This document shows, piece after piece, positions 28,411 to 35,975 of a stretch of 64,000 nt of DNA (positions are counted from its first letter, which is position 1; each line of letters begins with the position of its first letter). This stretch comes from a virus: the IMG/VR virus record IMGVR_UViG_3300045976_000096, positions 48,423 through 112,422 of that record; one strand, written 5' to 3'. The notes beneath the pieces were generated by a model, which was not told where the DNA came from, did not search any database, and saw only the letters and a program-made list of their open reading frames with translations. The translations under genes and the position numbers were made by a program.

Positions 28411-29097
28411 ATGGGTAAGCAATTGAAAGCTGCAACTATCGTTAACAAACTGGGCGCAGCAGTCGCACAGCGCGTGCAAGCGCTGAAAGACAACGAGACG
28501 CACGTCGCGACCGAGTTTAAGGGCATCTTAGCGTGCTACGCGCCCGACGGTAACAATCGCGGTTCGTTCGAGCGTGCAATCGAAAGCGTGAAAGATCAGA
28601 TCGATTTTGACTTCTTAATCAAGATCATCGGTAAGCACGCAGAAACGGGCAAGAACGACCCGAACTATGTGCAAGCAAAAACGATTGTGAAAATCAATCG
28701 CTTGCTATTCGGTCTCGCAACGAAAGACATGCGCGCGCTCGACAACCATTCGCGCTCGTTGATCGTGAATGCAACGCTGAATGGTAAGCTCTCTAGCAAA
28801 GCAGCGTTCGCAACGCTGGTACGTGTTCAATGGGGGGAAGAGATCGAAGAAGCGCTGCGCGAGCGTAACAACTACAGCGCGGGTACGGGTTCGACGCAAC
28901 TCTCTAGCACAAAAGAAATGATGCGCGTTTTGGGATTAAGCGACAACCCGAAGGGCACGAAAAACGCAGACTTCGCTTTCACCGACGAAGCTCGTACGCT
29001 ACTGTGCGAACGGTTCGCGCGTCTCGCAGAACTGGTCAAGACCGCTGACAAGATCGATGCAGAGCTTGACGCAGCAATCGAAGAAGCAGCAGAGTAA
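28411..29097 (+). CDS. hypothetical protein, probable immediate-early gene (paralog of 15361 C-domain)
   Basis: AAAGGT RBS; NYSAGTGSTQLSS motif; atypical codon usage. Confidence 0.85.
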   Translation: MGKQLKAATIVNKLGAAVAQRVQALKDNETHVATEFKGILACYAPDGNNRGSFERAIESVKDQIDFDFLIKIIGKHAETGKNDPNYVQAKTIVKINRLLFGLATKDMRALDNHSRSLIVNATLNGKLSSKAAFATLVRVQWGEEIEEALRERNNYSAGTGSTQLSSTKEMMRVLGLSDNPKGTKNADFAFTDEARTLLCERFARLAELVKTADKIDAELDAAIEEAAE

Positions 29098-29100
29098 ATC

Positions 29101-29130
29101 ACAAGGGCGCACTACGGTGCGCCCTTGTTT
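29101..29130 (+). terminator. hairpin/terminator overlapping parS
   Basis: acaagggcgcac-tacg-gtgcgcccttgt-tt. Confidence 0.75.
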
Positions 29131-29141
29131 CACGTGAAACA
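29126..29141. other. parS: parS site (second perfect copy)
   Basis: TGTTTCACGTGAAACA. Confidence 0.88.
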
Positions 29142-29156
29142 CACAAGGGAAACATC

Positions 29157-29330
29157 ATGCACAAGATCGAAGAATACGACGAGCAAAGCGACGAATTCAC
29201 GGTGCGCGCACCTGACGGGACGCGTTATTTCGCTAACGCAGAAACACTCGCGCATATGCTGAATCATTACGACGAACCGAGCGCGTTTCTTGGTATGCAG
29301 TTCACTACAACCATTAAGGTGCAAGCATGA
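29157..29330 (+). CDS. hypothetical protein (57 aa)
   Basis: AAGGGA RBS; MHKIEEYDEQ...IKVQA; below ORF-track cutoff. Confidence 0.65.
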   Translation: MHKIEEYDEQSDEFTVRAPDGTRYFANAETLAHMLNHYDEPSAFLGMQFTTTIKVQA

Positions 29331-29593
29331 AAAGCGAATATCTGAAACAGCAGCGCGCGACGCGCAACGACGAGATCACGCTGTGCGTCGTCGCGCTGCT
29401 GTGTGTCGTGCTGTGCATGGGCGTGCTGATTAACGCAGCAATTGAGAGTGAACAGCGCGCAGCGCAGCGCGCGAGCGACGCACGGTTAGCGCGTACGGGT
29501 TCGCGCTTATGCTTGCAAGACGGTCGCACGATTGACCAAATGCGGTTTGACGAACCCGTACGCGCGATGTCTGCGCGTTGGTGCAAACGTTAA
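29327..29593 (+). CDS. small membrane protein
   Basis: ITLCVVALLCVVLCMGVLI TM segment. Confidence 0.7.
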   Translation: MKSEYLKQQRATRNDEITLCVVALLCVVLCMGVLINAAIESEQRAAQRASDARLARTGSRLCLQDGRTIDQMRFDEPVRAMSARWCKR

Positions 29594-29603
29594 GGGGAAA
29601 GAC

Positions 29604-29831
29604 ATGACTGACTTAGAAAAAGCAATGCAAGAGTTCGCAGCGCGTAACGGTGTGACGCAATGCGCACCCGTCACGAGCGCGAAGCAAGCAAACGAGCTTG
29701 CGAAAGCGCGACGCGTCGAACAGCGCGAACGCGAACGTGCAGAACGCGCTGCGCGCTGCGCAGAACAGAACGCAGAGAACGCGCGCTATGATCGCGAAGG
29801 TGTGTGGTACGTGGGCGGGTTCGCATCGTAG
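29604..29831 (+). CDS. hypothetical protein
   Basis: AAGGGG RBS; hairpin at 29848-29875 downstream. Confidence 0.7.
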   Translation: MTDLEKAMQEFAARNGVTQCAPVTSAKQANELAKARRVEQRERERAERAARCAEQNAENARYDREGVWYVGGFAS

Positions 29832-30051
29832 CACATACGCAACAGTAGCACGCACCGCTTGACACGGTGCGTGCGATATGCGATGTCTTAGAAAAATTTT
29901 CAACCCGAGGAGGCCCTGCCTTCCTCGACTTCCGGTCTCCGAACACCCTTCCTTACAGAATCCTGGGCGGCCGCAAAAGCCAATCCTTATACATCCAAGA
30001 TCCAAACATCCACGATCCAGGATTCCACATTTCCCCACTTATCCCCGCAAT

Positions 30052-30456
30052 TCACCAGTTATCCACAATCCCCTTGGGCCGATCCTTCGACGCCAGGCGC
30101 GAGCCATCGAAACGCCCGGCCGGCGCTGCCGCGCCTCGCCGGGGTACGTCCTGCGCGCGTGGAATGATTGCCGCCTGAATGAACAGAGGCTGGACCTCCC
30201 ATTCTGCTTTCGACTCGAATGACCGGTTGCCGCTTGGGACCAGCGCCAGGTAATTTTCCCACGACAGGTCGCGATCCTTCTGCAGGGCCAGGCACTTGCC
30301 GACCAGCTCCTTGATGATGCGCTTTTGCTCTAACGGCCAGACGCCATCCCACCTATGGGCAGGCATGTCGCCGTTCTCCTGCTCGCCCAGCTGACGCCGA
30401 AGGTACAGGTAGTCCTCGTAGTTCGGGAAGGACAGGATTTTCGCCAGGTCTCTCAC
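30052..30456 (-). CDS. small protein, two Y..Y...W helical repeats, tail SKDRPKGIVDNW
   Basis: GTG start coupled to upstream stop. Confidence 0.7.
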   Translation of the reverse strand: MRDLAKILSFPNYEDYLYLRRQLGEQENGDMPAHRWDGVWPLEQKRIIKELVGKCLALQKDRDLSWENYLALVPSGNRSFESKAEWEVQPLFIQAAIIPRAQDVPRRGAAAPAGRFDGSRLASKDRPKGIVDNW

Positions 30457-30656
30457 CAGATCACCTCCACGACGGTTTGCGGCCTGTCCGAGCCGGCGGC
30501 GCCTTGCGTTCTCGGGGTGCGCCGCACTTCCTCGCGCAGCTCCTCCATCATGTCCATCCGTGCTTTCAGGGGCATGGCGCGCCAGACGGCCTCTGAAATC
30601 GGCTCGTACTTGAGCGCCAGCGACAGCTCCACGTAGCGCTGGTAGGTGTTCACCAT
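30453..30656 (-). CDS. small protein, tail SDRPQTVVEVIW
   Basis: MVNTYQRYVEL...; coupled. Confidence 0.75.
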   Translation of the reverse strand: MVNTYQRYVELSLALKYEPISEAVWRAMPLKARMDMMEELREEVRRTPRTQGAAGSDRPQTVVEVIW

Positions 30657-30871
30657 ACGACGTCCACCGGGGTTTGCGGTTGATCGCCCTTCGGTTGGGC
30701 GGTGGCGCGCGCACGGTCGCGCATGACGCGCTGCTGGTGCTGTAGAACGTTGATCGTGATCTTGCGCATGATGGGCTTCATGTCGGTCCAGGCGTTGGCA
30801 TCGATGCAGACTTCGTTGTCGAAGTGCCCGGCCAGCCAGGTGCGCATGTAGTCGTCGTAGGAGATGTTCAC
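30650..30871 (-). CDS. small protein, tail GDQPQTPVDVVW
   Basis: MNISYDDYMR...; coupled. Confidence 0.75.
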   Translation of the reverse strand: MNISYDDYMRTWLAGHFDNEVCIDANAWTDMKPIMRKITINVLQHQQRVMRDRARATAQPKGDQPQTPVDVVW

Positions 30872-31056
30872 CAGTGGTCTCCGCCAAAACGTTCCAGTTC
30901 CTTGTTGCGTCGGTCGACGGCAGCCTGCATCTGGGCCACCATGCTCTCCTGCGCCTTCTGATCACAGCCATTCCAGACGTGCTCTGCAATAAGGCCGAAA
31001 TCGTCGTCGAACCCGGCTTCCACGCGCAGTCGGCGGTAGCGCTGGTACAGGCTCAT
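30868..31056 (-). CDS. small protein, tail FGGDHW
   Basis: MSLYQRYRRL...; coupled. Confidence 0.75.
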   Translation of the reverse strand: MSLYQRYRRLRVEAGFDDDFGLIAEHVWNGCDQKAQESMVAQMQAAVDRRNKELERFGGDHW

Positions 31057-31244
31057 GCGTCACCCCGCTGCCAGGCGATGAAGTCCTCGGTGCCGTCGGC
31101 AAAGCCGCGCTCCCAGGCCTCGACCAGCACGGGTGTAGTGTACGGACAGGCCGGCACTTCCGTGACCAGTTCGTAGCGCCCGGTGCGCCAGCCGGCATCG
31201 AGACCGTCGGCATAAGCGTCGGCGTCAGCGGTCCACTTCACCAT
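31053..31244 (-). CDS. small protein (G..AG...CPY...AW..GF, Rmf/CrpP-like pattern)
   Basis: AYADGLDAG...CPY...AWERGF. Confidence 0.65.
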   Translation of the reverse strand: MVKWTADADAYADGLDAGWRTGRYELVTEVPACPYTTPVLVEAWERGFADGTEDFIAWQRGDA

Positions 31245-31582
31245 ACCACCTCCACCGTGGTCTTCGGCGTGTCGCCCTTGCCGGTAAGCCGGTCAATCTC
31301 GTCCTGCGACGCCTCGCGCCACTCGCCGGCGCGCACGCTGGTGTCGATCGTCACGGTGGTATAGGTGATGTGCGGCACGGCACGCCCATCCCGGAACATC
31401 AGTCGCCCGGTATGGGTATCGTGACCCGGCTCGAAGTCGATGCAGATGGCGCGCAAGGTGTCGCGCCAGGTGCCGTGCGGACCCTGCACGAAGTAGCGTT
31501 TCATCACGTTCTTGCGCTGGCCACTGTCGTCGGCAGGCCTGCCGGCGCCGGCCACGCCGAGCCAGTCGATATTCGTCACCAT
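31238..31582 (-). CDS. small protein, tail GDTPKTTVEVVW
   Basis: Coupled; MKRYFV domain paralogous to the 32099 gene. Confidence 0.7.
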   Translation of the reverse strand: MVTNIDWLGVAGAGRPADDSGQRKNVMKRYFVQGPHGTWRDTLRAICIDFEPGHDTHTGRLMFRDGRAVPHITYTTVTIDTSVRAGEWREASQDEIDRLTGKGDTPKTTVEVVW

Positions 31583-31782
31583 GCGTCCACCCCGTCGGTC
31601 TTGGGTTTGTCGCCTCTTGGTGTGCCGGGGTCGACCTGGGCCTGCTTGGCCAGCGCCACGATGACGTTGCGGCGTTCCTCCTCGGGAACCAGATCGTTCC
31701 AGATCTCGTACGTGGCGGGCCTGTCCGCGCGCTTGGCCAGCCGGCACAGGCGCAGGTAGTTGTCGTAGCTGGTGTCTACCAT
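31576..31782 (-). CDS. small protein, tail GDKPKTDGVDAW
   Basis: MVDTSYDNYLRL...; coupled. Confidence 0.75.
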   Translation of the reverse strand: MVDTSYDNYLRLCRLAKRADRPATYEIWNDLVPEEERRNVIVALAKQAQVDPGTPRGDKPKTDGVDAW

Positions 31783-32099
31783 GCTCCGCCCTCCACTTCG
31801 GTTTGCGGCACGTCGGGCAGACGCACGCGCGCGCCGGCCGCCATCTTCAGCTGGTACTCGCTCGGCTCGAAGTAGGCGTTTTCGTTGTTAGGCTCCTGCA
31901 GCACCTCGATCATGGTGCCGGATTCGACGTGGCTCATCACGTCCTTGAAGCTCCACGGGCAGTGTACGGCGACGCTGCCATCGTGCTTGATGCCGCGCCG
32001 CGTCGTGATCGCGCCTTCTCCTTCGCCGAAGTCGAACTCGATGTGGTGAATGCGGTCGTTGATCGGCTTGGCGCCTGGCAGCATGAACACGCGCTTCAT
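31776..32099 (-). CDS. small protein, tail PDVPQTEVEGGAW
   Basis: MKRVFML...; ATGA overlap. Confidence 0.75.
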   Translation of the reverse strand: MKRVFMLPGAKPINDRIHHIEFDFGEGEGAITTRRGIKHDGSVAVHCPWSFKDVMSHVESGTMIEVLQEPNNENAYFEPSEYQLKMAAGARVRLPDVPQTEVEGGAW

Positions 32100-32377
32100 G
32101 GCGTCACCAGCGCCTCGACCTGGGCCAGCGCCTCGGGCGGCAGCGTGCGCAGCTTGGCGGCAAGCTCGCGCGCGCGGGTGCGGGCATCCAGCTTGTGCTG
32201 GCGCCGGGCCGCGAAGATGTGGTCGACATTGTCCAGTCCGCCGATGATGTCGAGCATGACCTCGATCGCCTCGCCCTGCGTCAGCTTGTGGGTCTTGGCC
32301 AGCTGGTTCAGATGCTCGCGCGCTTCGGCGCTCAGGTCGATGGTGTAGCGCGGGCGCGCCGGGTTGGTGGTGCCCAT
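32096..32377 (-). CDS. putative ribbon-helix-helix DNA-binding protein
   Basis: RYTIDLSAEAREHLNQLAKTHKLTQGEAIEVMLD; TATAAT and GGAGA upstream. Confidence 0.65.
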   Translation of the reverse strand: MGTTNPARPRYTIDLSAEAREHLNQLAKTHKLTQGEAIEVMLDIIGGLDNVDHIFAARRQHKLDARTRARELAAKLRTLPPEALAQVEALVTP

Positions 32378-32440
32378 GTTGTTTTCTCCCTATAAGGTTC
32401 AGTGACAACTGATTATAACGCACGCGCAAACTTATCACGC

Positions 32441-32466
32441 AAAAAAAGCGCCCCGAAGGGCGCTTG
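32441..32466 (-). terminator. intrinsic terminator
   Basis: aagcgccc-ttcg-gggcgc-ttttttt on minus strand. Confidence 0.8.
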
Positions 32467-32489
32467 AAAGGCACTACATGGGAAAGGAG

Positions 32490-32693
32490 TCAGGCGATGT
32501 CGGCGGTGAAACCGATCGGCTTCGAGTCGTCATCGTCGTCGCCGCCCTGCACCATGAAGCGGGGCAGCTCGGGGCCGTGCGCGTCCATCTGCAGAAAGGT
32601 CAGCGCCAAGAGCGCCAGCGGGTTCTGCAGCCAGACGACCACGGCCAGGATGGCCAGGACAATCATAACATTAACGGCCAGGGTGGATTTCAT
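32490..32693 (-). CDS. small membrane protein with acidic tail
   Basis: Hydrophobic N-half; DDDDDSKPIGF; AAGGA RBS. Confidence 0.7.
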   Translation of the reverse strand: MKSTLAVNVMIVLAILAVVVWLQNPLALLALTFLQMDAHGPELPRFMVQGGDDDDDSKPIGFTADIA

Positions 32694-32756
32694 GATGGTC
32701 CTTGGATAAGTCAGCGGTGAACCAACGGTAACACGCCGGCGCCGGCTGCGCAACCC

Positions 32757-34496
32757 CTACGCGGCCGTCATCAAGACGGGAAAGCCCAGCGCCGCCAGGT
32801 CCACATCGCGCCCGTGCTCGTGGATGAAGCGGTCGAACCCGGCAGTCTCCTTGATGATGCTCTGGCGCTGCTTGGCGTGCAGTTTCAGATGGTCGTTAAA
32901 GTCGTCGGCGAAGTCGGTCACGAAACACAGGTTCGGCCCCTTCTTTTTCGCCCGCAGGCCGCGCCCGATGCGCTGCCTGAGCGCCACCTCGGCCTTGCCG
33001 CCGCCGGCCAGGCAGACATGGCCCACGGCCGGCACGTCCACGCCCACGTCGAGGATCGTGGTGCCGATCAGGACGTCGATGTCGCCGGCGGCCAGGCGCG
33101 CAAGCGCGCGCTTCCGCTCGTCCTGGTCGTTCTCGCCGCGGATGAAGCACACGCGCAGGCCGGCCGCGCGCATGGCGGCTTCCAGCACGTCGCCATGCTT
33201 GGTCTGCTGGATCAGAACCATCGAGGTCAGGCCGTGGCGCGCGAACATGCTGCAGCGGTCCACGATGATGTCGTTGCGGTATTCGTTCTCGACGATGCCG
33301 ATCCGGTACGCGCTCTGCCAGCCGGTGCCGCGAAACAGCTTGGCCGGCTTGTGGCGCAGCTGGATGAAGGTGAAGTGCGGCTGCGCCAGGATGCCGCGGT
33401 CGATCAGCATTTCCTCGCTGATCTTGATGGCGATCGGGCCGGAGCACGCCATCAGGCGCATGTTCGATTCCTGGTCGCCCTTCATGAACGGCGTGCCGGT
33501 CAGCGCCAGGCGGTAATAGGCGTTCTTGCAGTGTTTCAGGATCTGGTAGTAGCTCTCGCCCGACGCCTCGTGCGCTTCTTCGAGAATCACGAGACCGAAA
33601 CGCTCCAGCAGGGCAATTACGCGCGCGCGCTCGCGCATATGTTCGTTCACCTTCACCGCGGCATCGGCGCGCAGGCTGGCCGCGATCTTCTTGCGCTCGA
33701 TTTCCTGGTTTTGCTCGAATTCCTTGAGCAGGCGACGCTTTTCCGCCGGCGGCGTGCGCAATAAACCGAGCTTCGTCTCGTATTCCTTGTAGTCCTTGAG
33801 TTCTTTCTTGACGCGCGCGTCCATCATTTTTTCGAGTTCGCCCTCGACGGTCTTCTCCTCGACGCGCGCGGCGAGCGTCTGCACCATGCCGACGCAGATT
33901 TTGCGCACCGCGCGCCCGCCGCCCGCCGTCTCGTGCCCGAACTGGCCGTCGCCCAGCACGGAGCAGGCGGTGCCCATTTCCTCGAACGCGTCCTTCATCT
34001 GGTACATCAGGATGCCGCGCGTGGTCAGGAACAGGGTCGGCAGGTTGATCGAAGCGTAGGCCATGCGCGCGATGCGGCTCTTGCCGCCGCCAGTGGCCAC
34101 GCGCGCGATGATCTGGCCGTGCTTGCGCAACTGCTTGACCACCTCCGGCTGGTAGTCGTAGCGCGGATCGTAGCCGAACGAGTCGATGTCGGGACGCTCC
34201 GGCCCCTGCGGCTCGGGCAGGGGGCGCTTGACGTGGCGCACCTGATAGCCTTGCGCGCGCAGCTTGGCCGAGACGTAATGCACGAAGCCGGCCGGGAAGG
34301 TGCCGGCGCGAAAGTCCAGGAACGAGCTGCGGCCATCCCAGTTGCCCTTCTTGAAGGACATGACGTGCTCGGCGCCGGCAACCGCGTACGAGAGAATCTC
34401 CTGGACCGCCAGCTTGACCACCCGGTCGGGGTCGTGCAACTTGGCGATGACGGCGTTACTGGCGATTGTGATTGTAAGGCTCATTGCGCTTGCCAT
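32757..34496 (-). CDS. superfamily 2 (DExH-type) helicase
   Basis: ATGGGKS, ILEEAH, LTGTP, GVDVP, QRIGRGLR motifs. Confidence 0.93.
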   Translation of the reverse strand: MASAMSLTITIASNAVIAKLHDPDRVVKLAVQEILSYAVAGAEHVMSFKKGNWDGRSSFLDFRAGTFPAGFVHYVSAKLRAQGYQVRHVKRPLPEPQGPERPDIDSFGYDPRYDYQPEVVKQLRKHGQIIARVATGGGKSRIARMAYASINLPTLFLTTRGILMYQMKDAFEEMGTACSVLGDGQFGHETAGGGRAVRKICVGMVQTLAARVEEKTVEGELEKMMDARVKKELKDYKEYETKLGLLRTPPAEKRRLLKEFEQNQEIERKKIAASLRADAAVKVNEHMRERARVIALLERFGLVILEEAHEASGESYYQILKHCKNAYYRLALTGTPFMKGDQESNMRLMACSGPIAIKISEEMLIDRGILAQPHFTFIQLRHKPAKLFRGTGWQSAYRIGIVENEYRNDIIVDRCSMFARHGLTSMVLIQQTKHGDVLEAAMRAAGLRVCFIRGENDQDERKRALARLAAGDIDVLIGTTILDVGVDVPAVGHVCLAGGGKAEVALRQRIGRGLRAKKKGPNLCFVTDFADDFNDHLKLHAKQRQSIIKETAGFDRFIHEHGRDVDLAALGFPVLMTAA

Positions 34497-34518
34497 TTCT
34501 CTTAGGAAGGAATAAAGT

Positions 34519-34538
34519 ATAAGTCACGACTGACTTAT
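34519..34538. promoter_or_regulatory. perfect ATAAGTCA-N4-TGACTTAT operator between divergent genes
   Basis: ataagtca-cgac-tgacttat. Confidence 0.85.
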
Positions 34539-34555
34539 CCGCAATCTCTCTGCAC

Positions 34556-35206
34556 ATGCCCACCACTCTCCTGCAGGACATCGACCCCCGGCTGCTGCAG
34601 CCGAACCCCTGGAACACGAACGTCGTGTCGCCTGACAACGAAGCCAAGATCGACGCCTCGGTCAAGCGTCTCGGCATGTTCAAACCCATCATCGTGCGCA
34701 CCCTCCCTGACGGCACCCTGCAAATTCTCGGCGGCGCGCACCGGCGCGATTCCGCGATCCGCCTGCACATGACCACCGTCCCGGTGATCAACCTCGGCAT
34801 CATCGACGACAAGAAAGCCAAGGAAGTCGGTATCGTCGACAACGGCCGCTACGGCGAAGACGACACGCTGGGCCTGGCCGAATTGCTGGAATCGCTGGGT
34901 TCGCCCGGCGAGCTGGCCGAATTCATGCCGTTCACGAACGCGGATTTCGAGTCGATCTTCGCTTCAAGCAATATAGCACTCGACGAGCTGGATTTGCCCG
35001 ACGAATCCGGTTCGCCGGCACCGTCGCCTGCAACCAAGCCTGCCCAGACCCACGTCGTCATGCGCTTCAAGGTGCCACTGGGCGACGACGGCATGATCGC
35101 CGACGCCATCGCGCAGGTGCAGAAGCAGCAGGGCTTCACCGACGAGGACGCGCTGTCCAACGCCGGCAACGCCCTGGTCCACATCTTCAAGAGGGCGGGG
35201 TACTGA
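34556..35206 (+). CDS. ParB/Srx N-terminal domain protein
   Basis: PNPWNTN...G...PIIVR...ILGGAHR. Confidence 0.88.
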   Translation: MPTTLLQDIDPRLLQPNPWNTNVVSPDNEAKIDASVKRLGMFKPIIVRTLPDGTLQILGGAHRRDSAIRLHMTTVPVINLGIIDDKKAKEVGIVDNGRYGEDDTLGLAELLESLGSPGELAEFMPFTNADFESIFASSNIALDELDLPDESGSPAPSPATKPAQTHVVMRFKVPLGDDGMIADAIAQVQKQQGFTDEDALSNAGNALVHIFKRAGY

Positions 35207-35207
35207 C

Positions 35208-35375
35208 ATGCCCAAGGCCCGCTTTGAATTCTGTGACGCCTGCGTCAACAGCGAAATTCCCTACGAGTGCGTGACCTGCAAGGACGGCAGCAAGTTCGAG
35301 GCGGCCGACGCCGTCGAGGAGCTGACCGTCCACGAGCTGCGCATGATGACCATCCCCACCGAAGACGACGAATAA
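35208..35375 (+). CDS. small Cys-rich protein
   Basis: CDAC...CVTC. Confidence 0.6.
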   Translation: MPKARFEFCDACVNSEIPYECVTCKDGSKFEAADAVEELTVHELRMMTIPTEDDE

Positions 35376-35674
35376 TGGACAACCAACACAGAAAAATTCG
35401 TGGCTACCGCGAGCTGTCGCAGGCTGAAATCGACCTGATGAACAAGATCAAGGAACAAGGCCTGGCCCTGGCAGCGCTGATCACCGAGGTCCAGCTGCAC
35501 CACAAGGCCCAGCGCGCGGCGTGCACCCAGACGCCGACTGCCGCCGGCGACGAGCAAGAGCAGGAGCGCCTGCGCCTGGCCGAGCCGGAGCGCTGGGCCT
35601 CGATTGGCCGCACCCACTTCCAGGAAGGTCTGATGGCCTTGACGCGCAGCGTGGCGCAGCCGGGGTTCTTCTGA
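35375..35674 (+). CDS. acb2: Acb2-family anti-CBASS cyclic-nucleotide sponge
   Basis: MDNQHRKIRGYRELSQAEIDLMNKIKE...AEPERWASIGRTHFQEGLMALTRSVAQP, recognisable Acb2 pattern. Confidence 0.88.
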   Translation: MDNQHRKIRGYRELSQAEIDLMNKIKEQGLALAALITEVQLHHKAQRAACTQTPTAAGDEQEQERLRLAEPERWASIGRTHFQEGLMALTRSVAQPGFF

Positions 35675-35792
35675 TGACGCCCGCTGACGTATTCGTCTGG
35701 ACCTGCACGATCACGACATGCTGCCTGGTTGTCGGGGCCGGCGTGGGCCTGCTGGCGCTTGGCTTTAACGCGCTCGAAAAGGAGATTTTCAA

Positions 35793-35975
35793 ATGATCGC
35801 CTGGTGGATTCTACCGCTGGCCATCAGCGTGTCCTGCCTGCTTACGATCGCCTGGTGGTGTGACGAGAACATGCCCTACCGCAGCCTGATGGCGGCCGTC
35901 GCAGTATTCCTCGCCATCGTGCCGAACGCCATCGTCTGGGTGTTTGCCTTCCTGATTTCCCGAATGATGCCATGA
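35793..35975 (+). CDS. small two-TM membrane protein
   Basis: Hydrophobic; AAGGAG RBS. Confidence 0.6.
   Translation: MIAWWILPLAISVSCLLTIAWWCDENMPYRSLMAAVAVFLAIVPNAIVWVFAFLISRMMP

Noticed and set aside
27675-29907. Desert explained by low GC, foreign origin or avoidance of one restriction site
   Set aside because: Coding parts remain GC-rich (many GCGC/CGCG); the missing set is a whole non-palindromic 4-mer class with sharp edges, and CCGG, GATC and GCGC persist. A host-nuclease explanation is not fully excluded.
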